From assembly GCA_947303405.1 (NCBI GenBank), contig CAMYYH010000002.1:1-54942 (forward strand): a DNA stretch of 54,942 nt, in the 5' to 3' direction. Within the stretch, counting starts at the first letter, position 1; every line of letters starts with the position of its first letter. The notes beneath the pieces are model-generated. The model saw only the letters and a program-made list of their open reading frames with translations, had not been told where the DNA came from and searched no databases. Position numbers and translations under genes: made by a program. Source of the stretch: an uncultured Mycoplasmatota bacterium (GTDB lineage Bacteria; Bacillota_I; Bacilli_A; RF39; UBA660). Below are positions 19,655 to 29,186 of the stretch, one piece after another.

Positions 19655-20752
19655 ATGTCAATATGTTGGGAGAATAATATTCGAGAAAAGCCGATGTTTA
19701 AGACGTTAGCAAAGGAATTTACCGAAGAGTCAAAGCATCCTGGTTTTATGATAGAATTCTATTTACTATGGAAAAAATATGGTGATTCTAGGATTACAAT
19801 TAAACCTATACCTAGTGATAGTTCTACTAGTAGGTCGGTTTTGGTTTTTGATTCGGGAAGGTTAAGAGGCGGTATTGCTCATTATGAGAGAATAGTAATA
19901 GCTTTTTGGTTGGTAGAAAGGCATCTTTTTGTAGTTAAATCTTTTTCTACTACTTATGATATGAATGGTTATTATGATCCCGAAAAAATTGAGTCAGGTT
20001 CTAAATCACGATATATAAAAGACAGATGCTATTCATTACAAGAATATGATGAAGATGGGGTTGAGCTTAAACATATTATTTGTGATGTTGGAACAAAGGA
20101 ATATTCTGTAGATAAAGTTTTTGATTATTTTGACTTACCTATTTATTATAGTTCAGAACTAAGAAAGGGCAATATGGGATTAGATGATTTTGTGGATTAT
20201 ATTCGGGAATCTGGTAGTGCTGTAGCTATTGAAAGAGATAATGTGCCTTCTATTGTTAACGTTACAACTTTTGATTTTGAACGTGTTTCTGATGTTTTGA
20301 TGAGAAAACATAGTTATATTAGGACGCGGAGAGCTATAAAAATAGATGTTAGTGAAAATCTGAATCTTCTTAGTCCTTTAACGTATAATCCATTTTGGAG
20401 CATAAATGTTTTTTCAGTGGATGGTAAAGTAAGGGTTAACGATGAGAATGAGATTAATAATAGAGCACAAGTGAGAAGAGAAAAACTTGTTGAGATGGTA
20501 AATAGTGCCTTTGTTATGTTGGGTTTACTTGATGTATATAGGAATACAATTTTTATTGGGGATATTCCGGGAGAGAGTGAGAAAGAAAAGATTGCTTTGA
20601 TACATAGGGATTGTTATTATTCGTTATTAAATTCTGAGCAATTTAGACATAATATAAATTATTATCAATCTTTGGGAGAAAGATTTGATAGGGCATATGA
20701 AGACAAATGTGGTTTAAATATTGGAGAAGTTTATAAAAGAAAAAAAACTTAA
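19655..20752 (+). CDS. Hypothetical cytoplasmic protein (orphan B, 365 aa)
   Basis: Long ORF starting at ATG 19655, preceded by agaggtgg. No TM segment or signal peptide. I recognise no family. Confidence 0.7.
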   Translation: MSICWENNIREKPMFKTLAKEFTEESKHPGFMIEFYLLWKKYGDSRITIKPIPSDSSTSRSVLVFDSGRLRGGIAHYERIVIAFWLVERHLFVVKSFSTTYDMNGYYDPEKIESGSKSRYIKDRCYSLQEYDEDGVELKHIICDVGTKEYSVDKVFDYFDLPIYYSSELRKGNMGLDDFVDYIRESGSAVAIERDNVPSIVNVTTFDFERVSDVLMRKHSYIRTRRAIKIDVSENLNLLSPLTYNPFWSINVFSVDGKVRVNDENEINNRAQVRREKLVEMVNSAFVMLGLLDVYRNTIFIGDIPGESEKEKIALIHRDCYYSLLNSEQFRHNINYYQSLGERFDRAYEDKCGLNIGEVYKRKKT

Positions 20753-20841
20753 ATAACTAATTAAGTCTTACTTTTGTACAATATATATTTATAGAAAAAT
20801 ATAAATAATTATGGTATTCTTGTATGAGAGAAGTGATAGTT

Positions 20842-21081
20842 ATGAGTACAGAGGAGTTTATAGAAGGAGAAAAGAAGATTAGAATAAAGCATCAAATATT
20901 ATTACTAACTGATTTGTTATACTATAATTATGTAAATAATAGCAACTTTGATGAGGATAAAGTTTTGAATAGTTTACAGGATGCGCTTGTGTTTAGTAAG
21001 GAAGAAAAGAAACAACTATTAGAAAAAGCTAAAGAAAATATAAGTAAAATGTATAAAATTAATATAGATAGTATAAAATGA
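20842..21081 (+). CDS. Small hypothetical protein (orphan C, 79 aa)
   Basis: Helical-looking K/E-rich ORF. ATG 20842 follows gagagaagtga. ATG 20824 is an alternative start. Confidence 0.5.
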   Translation: MSTEEFIEGEKKIRIKHQILLLTDLLYYNYVNNSNFDEDKVLNSLQDALVFSKEEKKQLLEKAKENISKMYKINIDSIK

Positions 21082-21135
21082 TTTTTGTACTTTCTTTTTT
21101 TTTGTGATAAAATAACCGGTACTAGTGGTGATATT

Positions 21136-22161
21136 ATGGGTTTAATATACATGACTGAATTTATACACGAGACGGTATTACATAGAATGCTAGTTGTAAG
21201 AAGCATTGATATGTTATGCGAGGAATTAGAAGGAAAAGGTGTTAAAGGATTTACTGAGGAGTTAAAACAAAGAGCCCAAAGGCACGATGTGACTAAAATG
21301 GGGAATTTAGATGAATTTTTAGCCTTATCTTCGATTATTCCTTATAAAAAAAGTATGGAAAATGTGACAAATACATTGCCAGATTTTATTAGGGAAATAC
21401 CTCTTGTACATAGTACGAATCTCGTAAATGATCACCATCCCGAGGCTCAGGCTTTAACAAAGAAAGGTGTTAATGGAACTAGGCCGACTATATTAATGGA
21501 AACTGTTTGTGATTGGAATGCGAGAAGTATTCAAAATGGAACAAATTTGGAAGCGTTTGCTAATGCGAATATGGGGCCTCGATTTGGATACGATGTTAAA
21601 CAACAAAAACGTTTGCTTTATTTATGTGGGTTATTAAAGAATGCTGGGGATTCTGAGAAATACAAGGATATTCTTGATAAAGGGGTAACTGGAGCTTTCG
21701 AAACTAACAATCCAGTTGTAAGTATTTTATATAATCTTAATATTGGAATGTATGAAAGTGTTATTGAGACTAGTAATCTTATTTTATGTAAACAGGGAAC
21801 TAGTGATGAGTATGGTGTACTTTATTCAGTTTCTTTGAGGGGTAGTGGAGAGAAGATAGGAGAGGTTGCTGTTCTATCTAATGGTAGATTGTCTTTCTTA
21901 ATAAATAAAGCTTATGAAGATAGATGTTTCGAGAAGGAAATATTGGCTTATTTCAAGAAAAAAGAATACTATGATGAGCATTCTGATATTAGGTATTTAA
22001 TGAGTTTATCTGATGATAAATCGGTTTCTATATATACTGAAGAAAAGTATAATAAGCAAGCTATTGATAAATATGGTAATAAAACAGCATTTCTTCCACC
22101 TATCGATTATAGGGATGTAAATGGTATAGTACCTTTTACATTAAGTATAAAAAAGGGTTAA
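21136..22161 (+). CDS. Hypothetical protein with an N-terminal HD-like (DUF5662-like) motif set (orphan D)
   Basis: QRHDVTKM ... LVNDHHPE ... LMETVCDWNARS follows the H-D / HH-x-E / E-x-x-x-D-W pattern I associate with DUF5662/HD-like phage-borne proteins. The C-terminal half is unassigned. ATG 21136 follows agtggtga. Confidence 0.6.
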   Translation: MGLIYMTEFIHETVLHRMLVVRSIDMLCEELEGKGVKGFTEELKQRAQRHDVTKMGNLDEFLALSSIIPYKKSMENVTNTLPDFIREIPLVHSTNLVNDHHPEAQALTKKGVNGTRPTILMETVCDWNARSIQNGTNLEAFANANMGPRFGYDVKQQKRLLYLCGLLKNAGDSEKYKDILDKGVTGAFETNNPVVSILYNLNIGMYESVIETSNLILCKQGTSDEYGVLYSVSLRGSGEKIGEVAVLSNGRLSFLINKAYEDRCFEKEILAYFKKKEYYDEHSDIRYLMSLSDDKSVSIYTEEKYNKQAIDKYGNKTAFLPPIDYRDVNGIVPFTLSIKKG

Positions 22162-23087
22162 AGTTTATCTCCTTGATAGATATTTCTTTTAACCATTTCT
22201 TTATCGATATCGTTAATAAGTGTTCTTTTATTTAATAACCATTCTGGTGCAATTAAATCCTCTTTCTTAGGGTCACTTGTTAAACGATGAATTACTATAT
22301 TAGGATTTAAGTATTCTAACTGAGTAACTACAATATCTATGTACTCTTCTTTAGTAAGTATATGAAAAGGATTGTTTTTATATAAAATTGCTAATTCAGT
22401 ATTTTTAACAATATTTAACATATGGATTTTTATGCCGTCTATATTAAGATTATTTAGATATTTAACAGTATCTAGCATATCTTCTTTTGTTTCGTATGGT
22501 AGACCATTAATAATGTGAACTACTACTTTAATATTTCTTTTTTGAAGTTCTTTTACGGCTTGTTCAAAGTTGTTTAAGTCATGACATCTATTGATAAGTT
22601 TAGCAGTTTTTTCATGCATAGATTGAAGACCGAGTTCAATTATTAAATCGGTCTTTTTATTTAGTTCTTCTAAATAGTCATAGCATTCTTTTGATATACA
22701 ATCACTTCTCGTAGCAATATTTAAACCTATGACATTAGGTAGATTTAGAATGGTTTCATATTTCTCTTTTAAAACGTTTACTGGGGCATAAGTGTTAGTA
22801 TTAGCTTGGAAATAACCTATGTAGTAACTATTAGGCCATTTTCTTTCCATCATGTCTTTTACTTCGTTAAATTGAGTAATTAGATCTTTATGTTTATCTC
22901 CGGCAAATTCGCCAGCTCCTAATGGAGAGCAAAAGATGCAACCACGACCGGTTTTATCTTTATGAGGACATGAAAAATTAGCGTTTAAAGACACTTTAAA
23001 AGCTTTTTTACCGTATTTATTCTTATAATAGTAATTTAATGTATGATATCTTTTATTATCTAGGGTATATTTAAACATATTGATCAC
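22158..23087 (-). CDS. TIGR01212-family radical SAM protein (YhcC-like)
   Basis: FSCPHKDKTGRGCIFCS cluster motif and a TIM-barrel-like remainder. Confidence 0.85.
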   Translation of the reverse strand: MINMFKYTLDNKRYHTLNYYYKNKYGKKAFKVSLNANFSCPHKDKTGRGCIFCSPLGAGEFAGDKHKDLITQFNEVKDMMERKWPNSYYIGYFQANTNTYAPVNVLKEKYETILNLPNVIGLNIATRSDCISKECYDYLEELNKKTDLIIELGLQSMHEKTAKLINRCHDLNNFEQAVKELQKRNIKVVVHIINGLPYETKEDMLDTVKYLNNLNIDGIKIHMLNIVKNTELAILYKNNPFHILTKEEYIDIVVTQLEYLNPNIVIHRLTSDPKKEDLIAPEWLLNKRTLINDIDKEMVKRNIYQGDKL

Positions 23088-23162
23088 CTATAAATAATAA
23101 TAATATAATTACTTTTCTTTTTATAGTATATATTTTATAATTTATACTAGGAGGCGCTTATT

Positions 23163-26018
23163 ATGGTATTTAATATTGAGTATTATAAGAAGAATAAATT
23201 GTTTTTATTGTTAACAATTATTTTGATTGCTATATTAATAATGTTAAATACTATGGTATATGGAGTTAAGGAAGAAGAGACCTCATTAGAAGATGAAGAA
23301 ATAGATATTAGTAAATTAGTTATAAACGAGATAATGACTTCTAATAAAGGAGTACAAATAGATGATAATGGTGATTCATATGATTGGATAGAAATCTATA
23401 ATGGGGGAAATAAAGATATAGATTTAACTAATTATGGATTAAGTGATAATGCTAATGGAGAAATAAAATGGTTATTTCCTTCGGTTATTATACCTAAAAA
23501 ATCTTATTTATTAGTCTATCTTGTTGGAGAAAATAGAAAAGGATTATATGCTAATTTTTTGTTAAAACAAGAAGGAAAAGAGATAATTACTTTTAAAAGT
23601 TCAAGTGGTAAAGTAATAGATACTGTAGAAACGGTTGTATTAAGTAGTAATTATTCTATGTATAGAGATTCTAATGGTAAGTGGGGAATAACAGAAGAGA
23701 TTACTCCTGGATATGAGAATAATGTAGTAGGAAGAAATACATATTTATATGCTTATAAAGAAATTAGAGGAAATGAAACGTTAATAATTAGTGAGTTATT
23801 ACCTTCTAATGAAGGTAATGTAATGTTTGATGATAAGTTGTATTCATATATAGAATTAACTAATATAGGAGAAGAATGTATTAATTTAAATGAGTACTAT
23901 CTAACTAATGATGATAAAGCATTGTATAAGTGGAGATTACCTGAAATAGAATTAGGACCAAATACGTCTTATTTGATATTTACTAATAAGTTAGATAAGG
24001 ATAATAATGCTTCTTTTGGGTTAAAAAACAAGAATGGTAAAGTATTATTAACTAGTAAATATGGAATAATAGATCAGGTACAATATGAAGATTTAACTAA
24101 TGGAATGGCTTATATTAGAGAAGATAATAAATGGCTTATTAGTACTAATATATCTCCGGGATATAGGAATGATACAGGAGGTAAAATAGAGTATCAAAAA
24201 AGTTTAGATATTCCTAAAAAAGATTTAGTAATAAATGAAATAATGAGTTCTAATGGTAGGTATTTAGCTCAAAATGGTAATCAGTTTTATGATTGGATAG
24301 AATTATATAATAATTCTGATAAAGATATTTTATTAAGTGATTATTATTTAACTACAGATAAAGATGATAAAGCGATGTTTAATTTGCCTCAAGTGGTGGT
24401 GCATCCTAGACAGTATTATATATTAATGGCATCAGGAGATACTTCTTTAAGTAATAGTTATATACATACTAATTTTAAATTATCTGCTTCTAAAGGTTTA
24501 TTGTTATATAATGGGGATTATTTAGTAGATAGTTTGTTTATTCCTAGTATTCCTAGAAATAATAGTTATGGAAGAGGTAATATATTTGGTCATTATTATT
24601 ATACTCAAGTTACACCAGGTTATATGAATGATAATAATGGTTTAAGTGATTTATCTTATGAACCGGTATTTGATAAGAAGGCGGGCTCTTATAATAATGT
24701 TTCTTCTTTAGAGATAAATATAAATAGTAGTGGGGATATTTATTATACTTTGGATGGGACTAATCCCAATAACAATTCATTAAAGTATGATAAACCTATA
24801 GTAATTGATAAGACAACGATTGTTAAAGCCGTTGCTTATGAAAATAATAAAGTAACTAGTAATATTGTTTCTAATACTTATTTTATTAATGAGAATCATA
24901 GTTTACCTATAATGTCTATTAGTTTACCTATTAATGACTTTAATAATATTCAAGCTAATACTTATGGTAAGAATATAGTAAATGCTCATGTTGAATTTTA
25001 TGAAAAAGATTCTTCTTTTTCTATGGATTGTGGTTTTAAATTGTTTGGTGGAGAGAGTAGAACACTTAGTAAAAAGAGTTTTGCTTTAAAGTTTAATGAT
25101 AATTATGGTGGGGCATTACATTATAAGGTCTTTGATAATAAAGATATAAGAAAATTTAATACTTTGGTTTTAAGAAGTGGATCTCAAGATCAAATATCGT
25201 CTATGATAAGAGATGAGTTTATATCTACAATGTTAGTTAATTATGGAACATTGCTTGCTCAAGCAGCTAAACCTATTGTTTTATATATAGATGGTAATTA
25301 TTGGGGAATATATTTTATTAGAGAAAAAATAGATGATGATTTTATAGAAAATAATAATAATATTAAAGGTACTACTAATATAGTTAATTATAATTATACT
25401 GCTGAAGAAGGAAGTAATAGTGACTTTTTAAAGTTAAAGTCTTTTGTAGTAAATAATGATATGAGAGATAGTAATAATTATGAATATATAAAAACTATTT
25501 TAGATGTAGATAGTTTTATTGATTATCACGTATGTCAGTTTATTATAAATAATACTGATTTACATAATGTAAGATTTTATAATAATAATCTTTTAGATAA
25601 TGGAAGAATAAAGGCAATTCTTTATGATACGGATTATGGATTGACGTGGGATTATTATGTTTATTATTTAACATATTTACAAAATCCATATACATTACAA
25701 TTACAACCCGATACCTCTGTTATAAGAGGGTTAATGAATAATGGAGAGTTTAGAAATAGGTTTATAGAAAGAATATCTTATTATATAAGGAATGTATGGA
25801 CTGAAGAGCATATAGTAAATACTTATAATTATTTTTATAATAGTATTAAACCTGAGATGAATAGAAATGCTCATAGATGGGGCCAAGATTATAATAACTG
25901 GGAAAGATCTGTGGAAAAACTAAAGAACAATGCTTTACTTAGAATTAAAAATGTTCCTAAATATGCTAAAGCATATTTTAGTCTTTCTGAGGAGGTATAT
26001 AATGGATATTTTGGGTGA
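23163..26018 (+). CDS. CotH kinase-family protein with three lamin-tail (LTD) repeats
   Basis: N-terminal TM. Three repeats of DWIE(I/L)YN...DLxxYxL(S/T)D. A chitobiase/Fn3-like GDIYYTLDGTNPN segment. CotH core FKLFGGESRTLSKKSFALKF, LVLRSGSQD, DTDYGL. Confidence 0.85.
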   Translation: MVFNIEYYKKNKLFLLLTIILIAILIMLNTMVYGVKEEETSLEDEEIDISKLVINEIMTSNKGVQIDDNGDSYDWIEIYNGGNKDIDLTNYGLSDNANGEIKWLFPSVIIPKKSYLLVYLVGENRKGLYANFLLKQEGKEIITFKSSSGKVIDTVETVVLSSNYSMYRDSNGKWGITEEITPGYENNVVGRNTYLYAYKEIRGNETLIISELLPSNEGNVMFDDKLYSYIELTNIGEECINLNEYYLTNDDKALYKWRLPEIELGPNTSYLIFTNKLDKDNNASFGLKNKNGKVLLTSKYGIIDQVQYEDLTNGMAYIREDNKWLISTNISPGYRNDTGGKIEYQKSLDIPKKDLVINEIMSSNGRYLAQNGNQFYDWIELYNNSDKDILLSDYYLTTDKDDKAMFNLPQVVVHPRQYYILMASGDTSLSNSYIHTNFKLSASKGLLLYNGDYLVDSLFIPSIPRNNSYGRGNIFGHYYYTQVTPGYMNDNNGLSDLSYEPVFDKKAGSYNNVSSLEININSSGDIYYTLDGTNPNNNSLKYDKPIVIDKTTIVKAVAYENNKVTSNIVSNTYFINENHSLPIMSISLPINDFNNIQANTYGKNIVNAHVEFYEKDSSFSMDCGFKLFGGESRTLSKKSFALKFNDNYGGALHYKVFDNKDIRKFNTLVLRSGSQDQISSMIRDEFISTMLVNYGTLLAQAAKPIVLYIDGNYWGIYFIREKIDDDFIENNNNIKGTTNIVNYNYTAEEGSNSDFLKLKSFVVNNDMRDSNNYEYIKTILDVDSFIDYHVCQFIINNTDLHNVRFYNNNLLDNGRIKAILYDTDYGLTWDYYVYYLTYLQNPYTLQLQPDTSVIRGLMNNGEFRNRFIERISYYIRNVWTEEHIVNTYNYFYNSIKPEMNRNAHRWGQDYNNWERSVEKLKNNALLRIKNVPKYAKAYFSLSEEVYNGYFG

Positions 26019-26700
26019 GAGCAATTATAGGTATGAACTTAAGTTTTTAGTAAAGAAGAATATGGCTCAGATATTGAAGAAAAAACTATTATTATTAATG
26101 AAGACTGATAGTCATTCAATAGATGGTCATTATTATATAAGGAGTTTATATTTTGATGATATATATGATACTGCTTATTATGAAAAGATAGATGGCTTAG
26201 CTTATAGAGAGAAGTATCGTTTTAGATATTATAATTTTGATTATTCTCATATTATACTAGAACTTAAGGGTAAGATGGATAATCTATCATATAAAAAACA
26301 AGATTTAATAACTACTAAAGAATATGATTATATAATTAATAGGGAATATGATAAAATAAAAATAGATAATAGACATATATTAGAAGAGTTTATTAATAAG
26401 GCTAAGAAGAATAATTTAGTACCTTCTGTTATTGTAGATTATGAAAGAGATGCCTTAACATATGATTATGAAGATGTAAGAATTACTTTTGATAGTAATA
26501 TATCTTCTGGAAGGTATAATTATGATATATTTGCAAGAGATTTAAAACTCTACCAAGTAATTGGTGATGATGAAATAATACTGGAAGTAAAGTTTAATAA
26601 TAAGTTGCCTAGTATTTTAGATAATATTTTAAAAACTGTTCCAATGACAAGAATAGCTATGTCTAAGTTTGCTTTATGTAGGGAATTGAAAGAGGTGTAA
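26002..26700 (+). CDS. VTC (polyphosphate polymerase-like, triphosphate tunnel) domain protein
   Basis: YRYELKFLV start, SLYFDD, REKYRFRYY, ILELK and LEVKFNN strands typical of the VTC/CYTH tunnel. ATG 26002 follows gaggaggt and overlaps cotH by 17 nt. Confidence 0.75.
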   Translation: MDILGESNYRYELKFLVKKNMAQILKKKLLLLMKTDSHSIDGHYYIRSLYFDDIYDTAYYEKIDGLAYREKYRFRYYNFDYSHIILELKGKMDNLSYKKQDLITTKEYDYIINREYDKIKIDNRHILEEFINKAKKNNLVPSVIVDYERDALTYDYEDVRITFDSNISSGRYNYDIFARDLKLYQVIGDDEIILEVKFNNKLPSILDNILKTVPMTRIAMSKFALCRELKEV

Positions 26701-26701
26701 T

Positions 26702-27361
26702 ATGACATTAAGTGTTATAGATAAAATAAGAGAAAGTGTATTTAAGGAAATGACGGAGACTATTCCAACGATAAATATAGTATTATCATTAGTGGTGGCA
26801 ATGATTGCGGCAATTATAATTAATCTTGTATATAAGAAAACTTATGTTGGTGTAAGCTATACTAAATCATTCTCTTTATCCATAGTGTTACTAACTTTAG
26901 TTACTTCGATAGTTATTAGAACTATTAATTCTAACTTGGCTTTATCTCTAGGTATGGTTGGTGCGCTATCTATAGTTAGATTTAGAACAGCTGTAAAAGA
27001 TCCGGTAGATACGATATTTATGTTTTGGGCTATAACTGCCGGTATTATGTCGGGAGCAGGATTGTATATAGCAACTATTTTAGCATCTTTGTTTATTGGT
27101 TTATTCTATTTTTTGGCTTATACTTGTCAAGTAAGGAAAAATAAGAAAGTACTGTTAATAATTCAATCTAATTCTTTTAAAGTAGATAGTATTAATGAAT
27201 TATTAAGAAATAGAAAACACTGCTTACTTAAAACTGAGTCGTATAAGAATAATAGAGCAGAGTTAACTTATGAGATTAAAGGAAGAAATATTATAGAAGA
27301 TATTATTAAAATGAGAGATGATGAAGGAATGATCTCGATAGATGTGATTGATATTGATTAA
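26702..27361 (+). CDS. DUF4956 domain membrane protein
   Basis: ALSIVRFRTAVKDPVDTIFMFWAITAGI motif and 4 TM segments. The start lies 1 nt after the VTC gene stop. Confidence 0.75.
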   Translation: MTLSVIDKIRESVFKEMTETIPTINIVLSLVVAMIAAIIINLVYKKTYVGVSYTKSFSLSIVLLTLVTSIVIRTINSNLALSLGMVGALSIVRFRTAVKDPVDTIFMFWAITAGIMSGAGLYIATILASLFIGLFYFLAYTCQVRKNKKVLLIIQSNSFKVDSINELLRNRKHCLLKTESYKNNRAELTYEIKGRNIIEDIIKMRDDEGMISIDVIDID

Positions 27362-27386
27362 AAAGCCATTGAGGCTTTTTCTTTTA
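27361..27386 (+). terminator. Rho-independent terminator
   Basis: aaaagcc/ggctttt hairpin followed by a T-rich tail. Confidence 0.55.
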
Positions 27387-27437
27387 CTTGTGTTTAATAA
27401 TTGTACTTTAGTATAATAATAAGTAGGGAGTGTTAAT

Positions 27438-29156
27438 ATGGCTAAGAGGGTTAAAACACCTTGGTATAAATACTATGACGGAGTTAGAGAACATTTAAAT
27501 TATCCTAATATATCTTTATATAAGTTTTTAGAGAATATGTCTAGGAAACATAGGGATTTTATTAGTTATAATTATTATGGAAATATGAAGACTTATGATC
27601 AGTTTTTAGAACAAATAGATGTATGCGCTAGATCTTTCAAGGCATTGGGTGTTAAAAAGGGAGAAAGGGTTAGTATTTGTATGCCTAATACCCCGGAGGC
27701 AATAATTACTTTTTATGCCCTTAATAAGATAGGCGCTATAGCTAATATGATTCACCCTTTATCTTCTGAAAATGAGATAAAATATTTTATTAATAATTCT
27801 AAAAGTGTGTATATAGTAGCTATAAATATATCTTTAAATAGGATTATTCATATAGTAGATGAGACTAAGATAAAGAATATTATTTTGGTTAGTCCTAGTG
27901 ATTCGATGCCTATTGGTATGAAGTTGGGATATAGTTTAACTGTAGGAAGAAATTTAAAATTAGAAAAGAATGATTTGGTAATAAAATGGAAAGACTTTCT
28001 TAAAAAGGGTAAATCTTATACTAGGAGAGTAACTGGTAATGGATATACTGGTAGCGATGTTGCGGCCATATTATACAGTGGTGGAACAACAGGGTATCCA
28101 AAGGGTATAGAGTTAACTAATCTTAATTTTAATGCTTTAGCTATGCAAAGTTTTGAAATGGTAGGGAATATAAAAGCAGGAGATACAGTACTTGCTGTAA
28201 TGCCTGTATTCCATGGTTTTGGATTGGGTATATGTATACATACTGTTCAATGTTTTGGTGGTTGTAGTATCTTATTACCACAGTTTGATCTTAAAACTTT
28301 TGTTAAATTAATTAAAAAATATGAACCTAATATAATTGCGGGGGTTCCTACTTTATATGAAGCTTTACTTAAAAGTGAAGGATTTAATAACTTTGATATG
28401 TCTTTCTTGAAGTTGGTTATTTCTGGTGGAGATTCTTTATCTATTGAACTTAAGAAAAAGGTTGATAAGTTCTTAAAAGAACACAATGTGAATACGCAAG
28501 TAAGAGAGGGCTATGGTTTAACAGAATGTGTTACTGGTAGTTGTTTAACTCCGCGTAACTATTATAGAGAGGGTAGTATAGGAATTCCTTATCCAGATAC
28601 TTATTATAAAATAGTAGAAAGGGATACTATTAAAGAAGTACCTTACGGTGTAGAAGGGGAAATATGTGTAGCTGGTCCATCAGTAATGAAAGGGTATTTA
28701 AATGATCCGGTGGATACTAAGTTGACTTTGAGAAAACATTATGACGGGATGACATGGCTTCATACTGGGGATTTGGGATATATGGATAAGGATGGTTTTG
28801 TATATTTTAAACAAAGATTAAAAAGATTAATTGTTAGTTCTGGATATTGTATATATCCCCAGTATATAGAGAACACTATAGATTCCCATCCTGATGTTTT
28901 GATGAGTTGTGTAATAGGTATACCTCATCCTTATAAACAGGAGGTTGCCAAAGCTTTTATTCTTTTAAAACCTGGTGTTGATAAGAATGATGAAGTATTA
29001 CAGTCTATTAGAAGCCTAGTGGAAGAAAAGGTAGCTAAGTATTCATGGCCGTATGAATATGAATTTAGAGATGAATTTCCTAAGACTTTAGTTGGTAAAG
29101 TGGATTTTAATGAACTAATTAAAGAAGAAAAAAATAAAAATTCAATTGAAAAATAA
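27438..29156 (+). CDS. AMP-dependent acyl-CoA synthetase/ligase (long-chain fatty acid-CoA ligase-like)
   Basis: YSGGTTGYPKG (AMP-binding motif I), GYGLTE, TGDLGYMDKDGFVYF and KVDFNEL. Confidence 0.9.
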   Translation: MAKRVKTPWYKYYDGVREHLNYPNISLYKFLENMSRKHRDFISYNYYGNMKTYDQFLEQIDVCARSFKALGVKKGERVSICMPNTPEAIITFYALNKIGAIANMIHPLSSENEIKYFINNSKSVYIVAINISLNRIIHIVDETKIKNIILVSPSDSMPIGMKLGYSLTVGRNLKLEKNDLVIKWKDFLKKGKSYTRRVTGNGYTGSDVAAILYSGGTTGYPKGIELTNLNFNALAMQSFEMVGNIKAGDTVLAVMPVFHGFGLGICIHTVQCFGGCSILLPQFDLKTFVKLIKKYEPNIIAGVPTLYEALLKSEGFNNFDMSFLKLVISGGDSLSIELKKKVDKFLKEHNVNTQVREGYGLTECVTGSCLTPRNYYREGSIGIPYPDTYYKIVERDTIKEVPYGVEGEICVAGPSVMKGYLNDPVDTKLTLRKHYDGMTWLHTGDLGYMDKDGFVYFKQRLKRLIVSSGYCIYPQYIENTIDSHPDVLMSCVIGIPHPYKQEVAKAFILLKPGVDKNDEVLQSIRSLVEEKVAKYSWPYEYEFRDEFPKTLVGKVDFNELIKEEKNKNSIEK

Positions 29157-29170
29157 TTGAATTTTTATTA
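29139..29170 (+). terminator. AT-only hairpin terminator overlapping the ligase stop codon
   Basis: aattcaatt/aattgaatt 9-bp stem, loop gaaaaat, then tttatta. The stem is entirely A-T, so it is weak. Confidence 0.4.
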
Positions 29171-29186
29171 TATTATAAATATCTTG

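Noticed and set aside
18529-22161. Compositional (G+C) anomaly as evidence that the four-orphan block was horizontally acquired.
   Set aside because: A sampled 60-nt line in the block (about 32% G+C at 19141) is close to a sampled housekeeping line (about 35% in pnp). The real outliers are the ultra-AT-rich ORFs at 31-33 kb and 50-55 kb. No HGT claim can be made from composition without a proper sliding-window calculation.
25930-26001. N-terminal extensions of track ORFs at 25930, 38751, 5565, 18526, 21085, 16364 and 46462.
   Set aside because: The extensions overlap upstream genes or regulatory RNA (38751 starts inside the T-box core). Internal ATGs with proper SD spacing coincide with the start of family homology.
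23163-26018. CotH taken as evidence of sporulation.
   Set aside because: No other sporulation gene is in the window. CotH-family kinases with LTD domains are widespread in non-sporulating bacteria, so the call is limited to the protein family.
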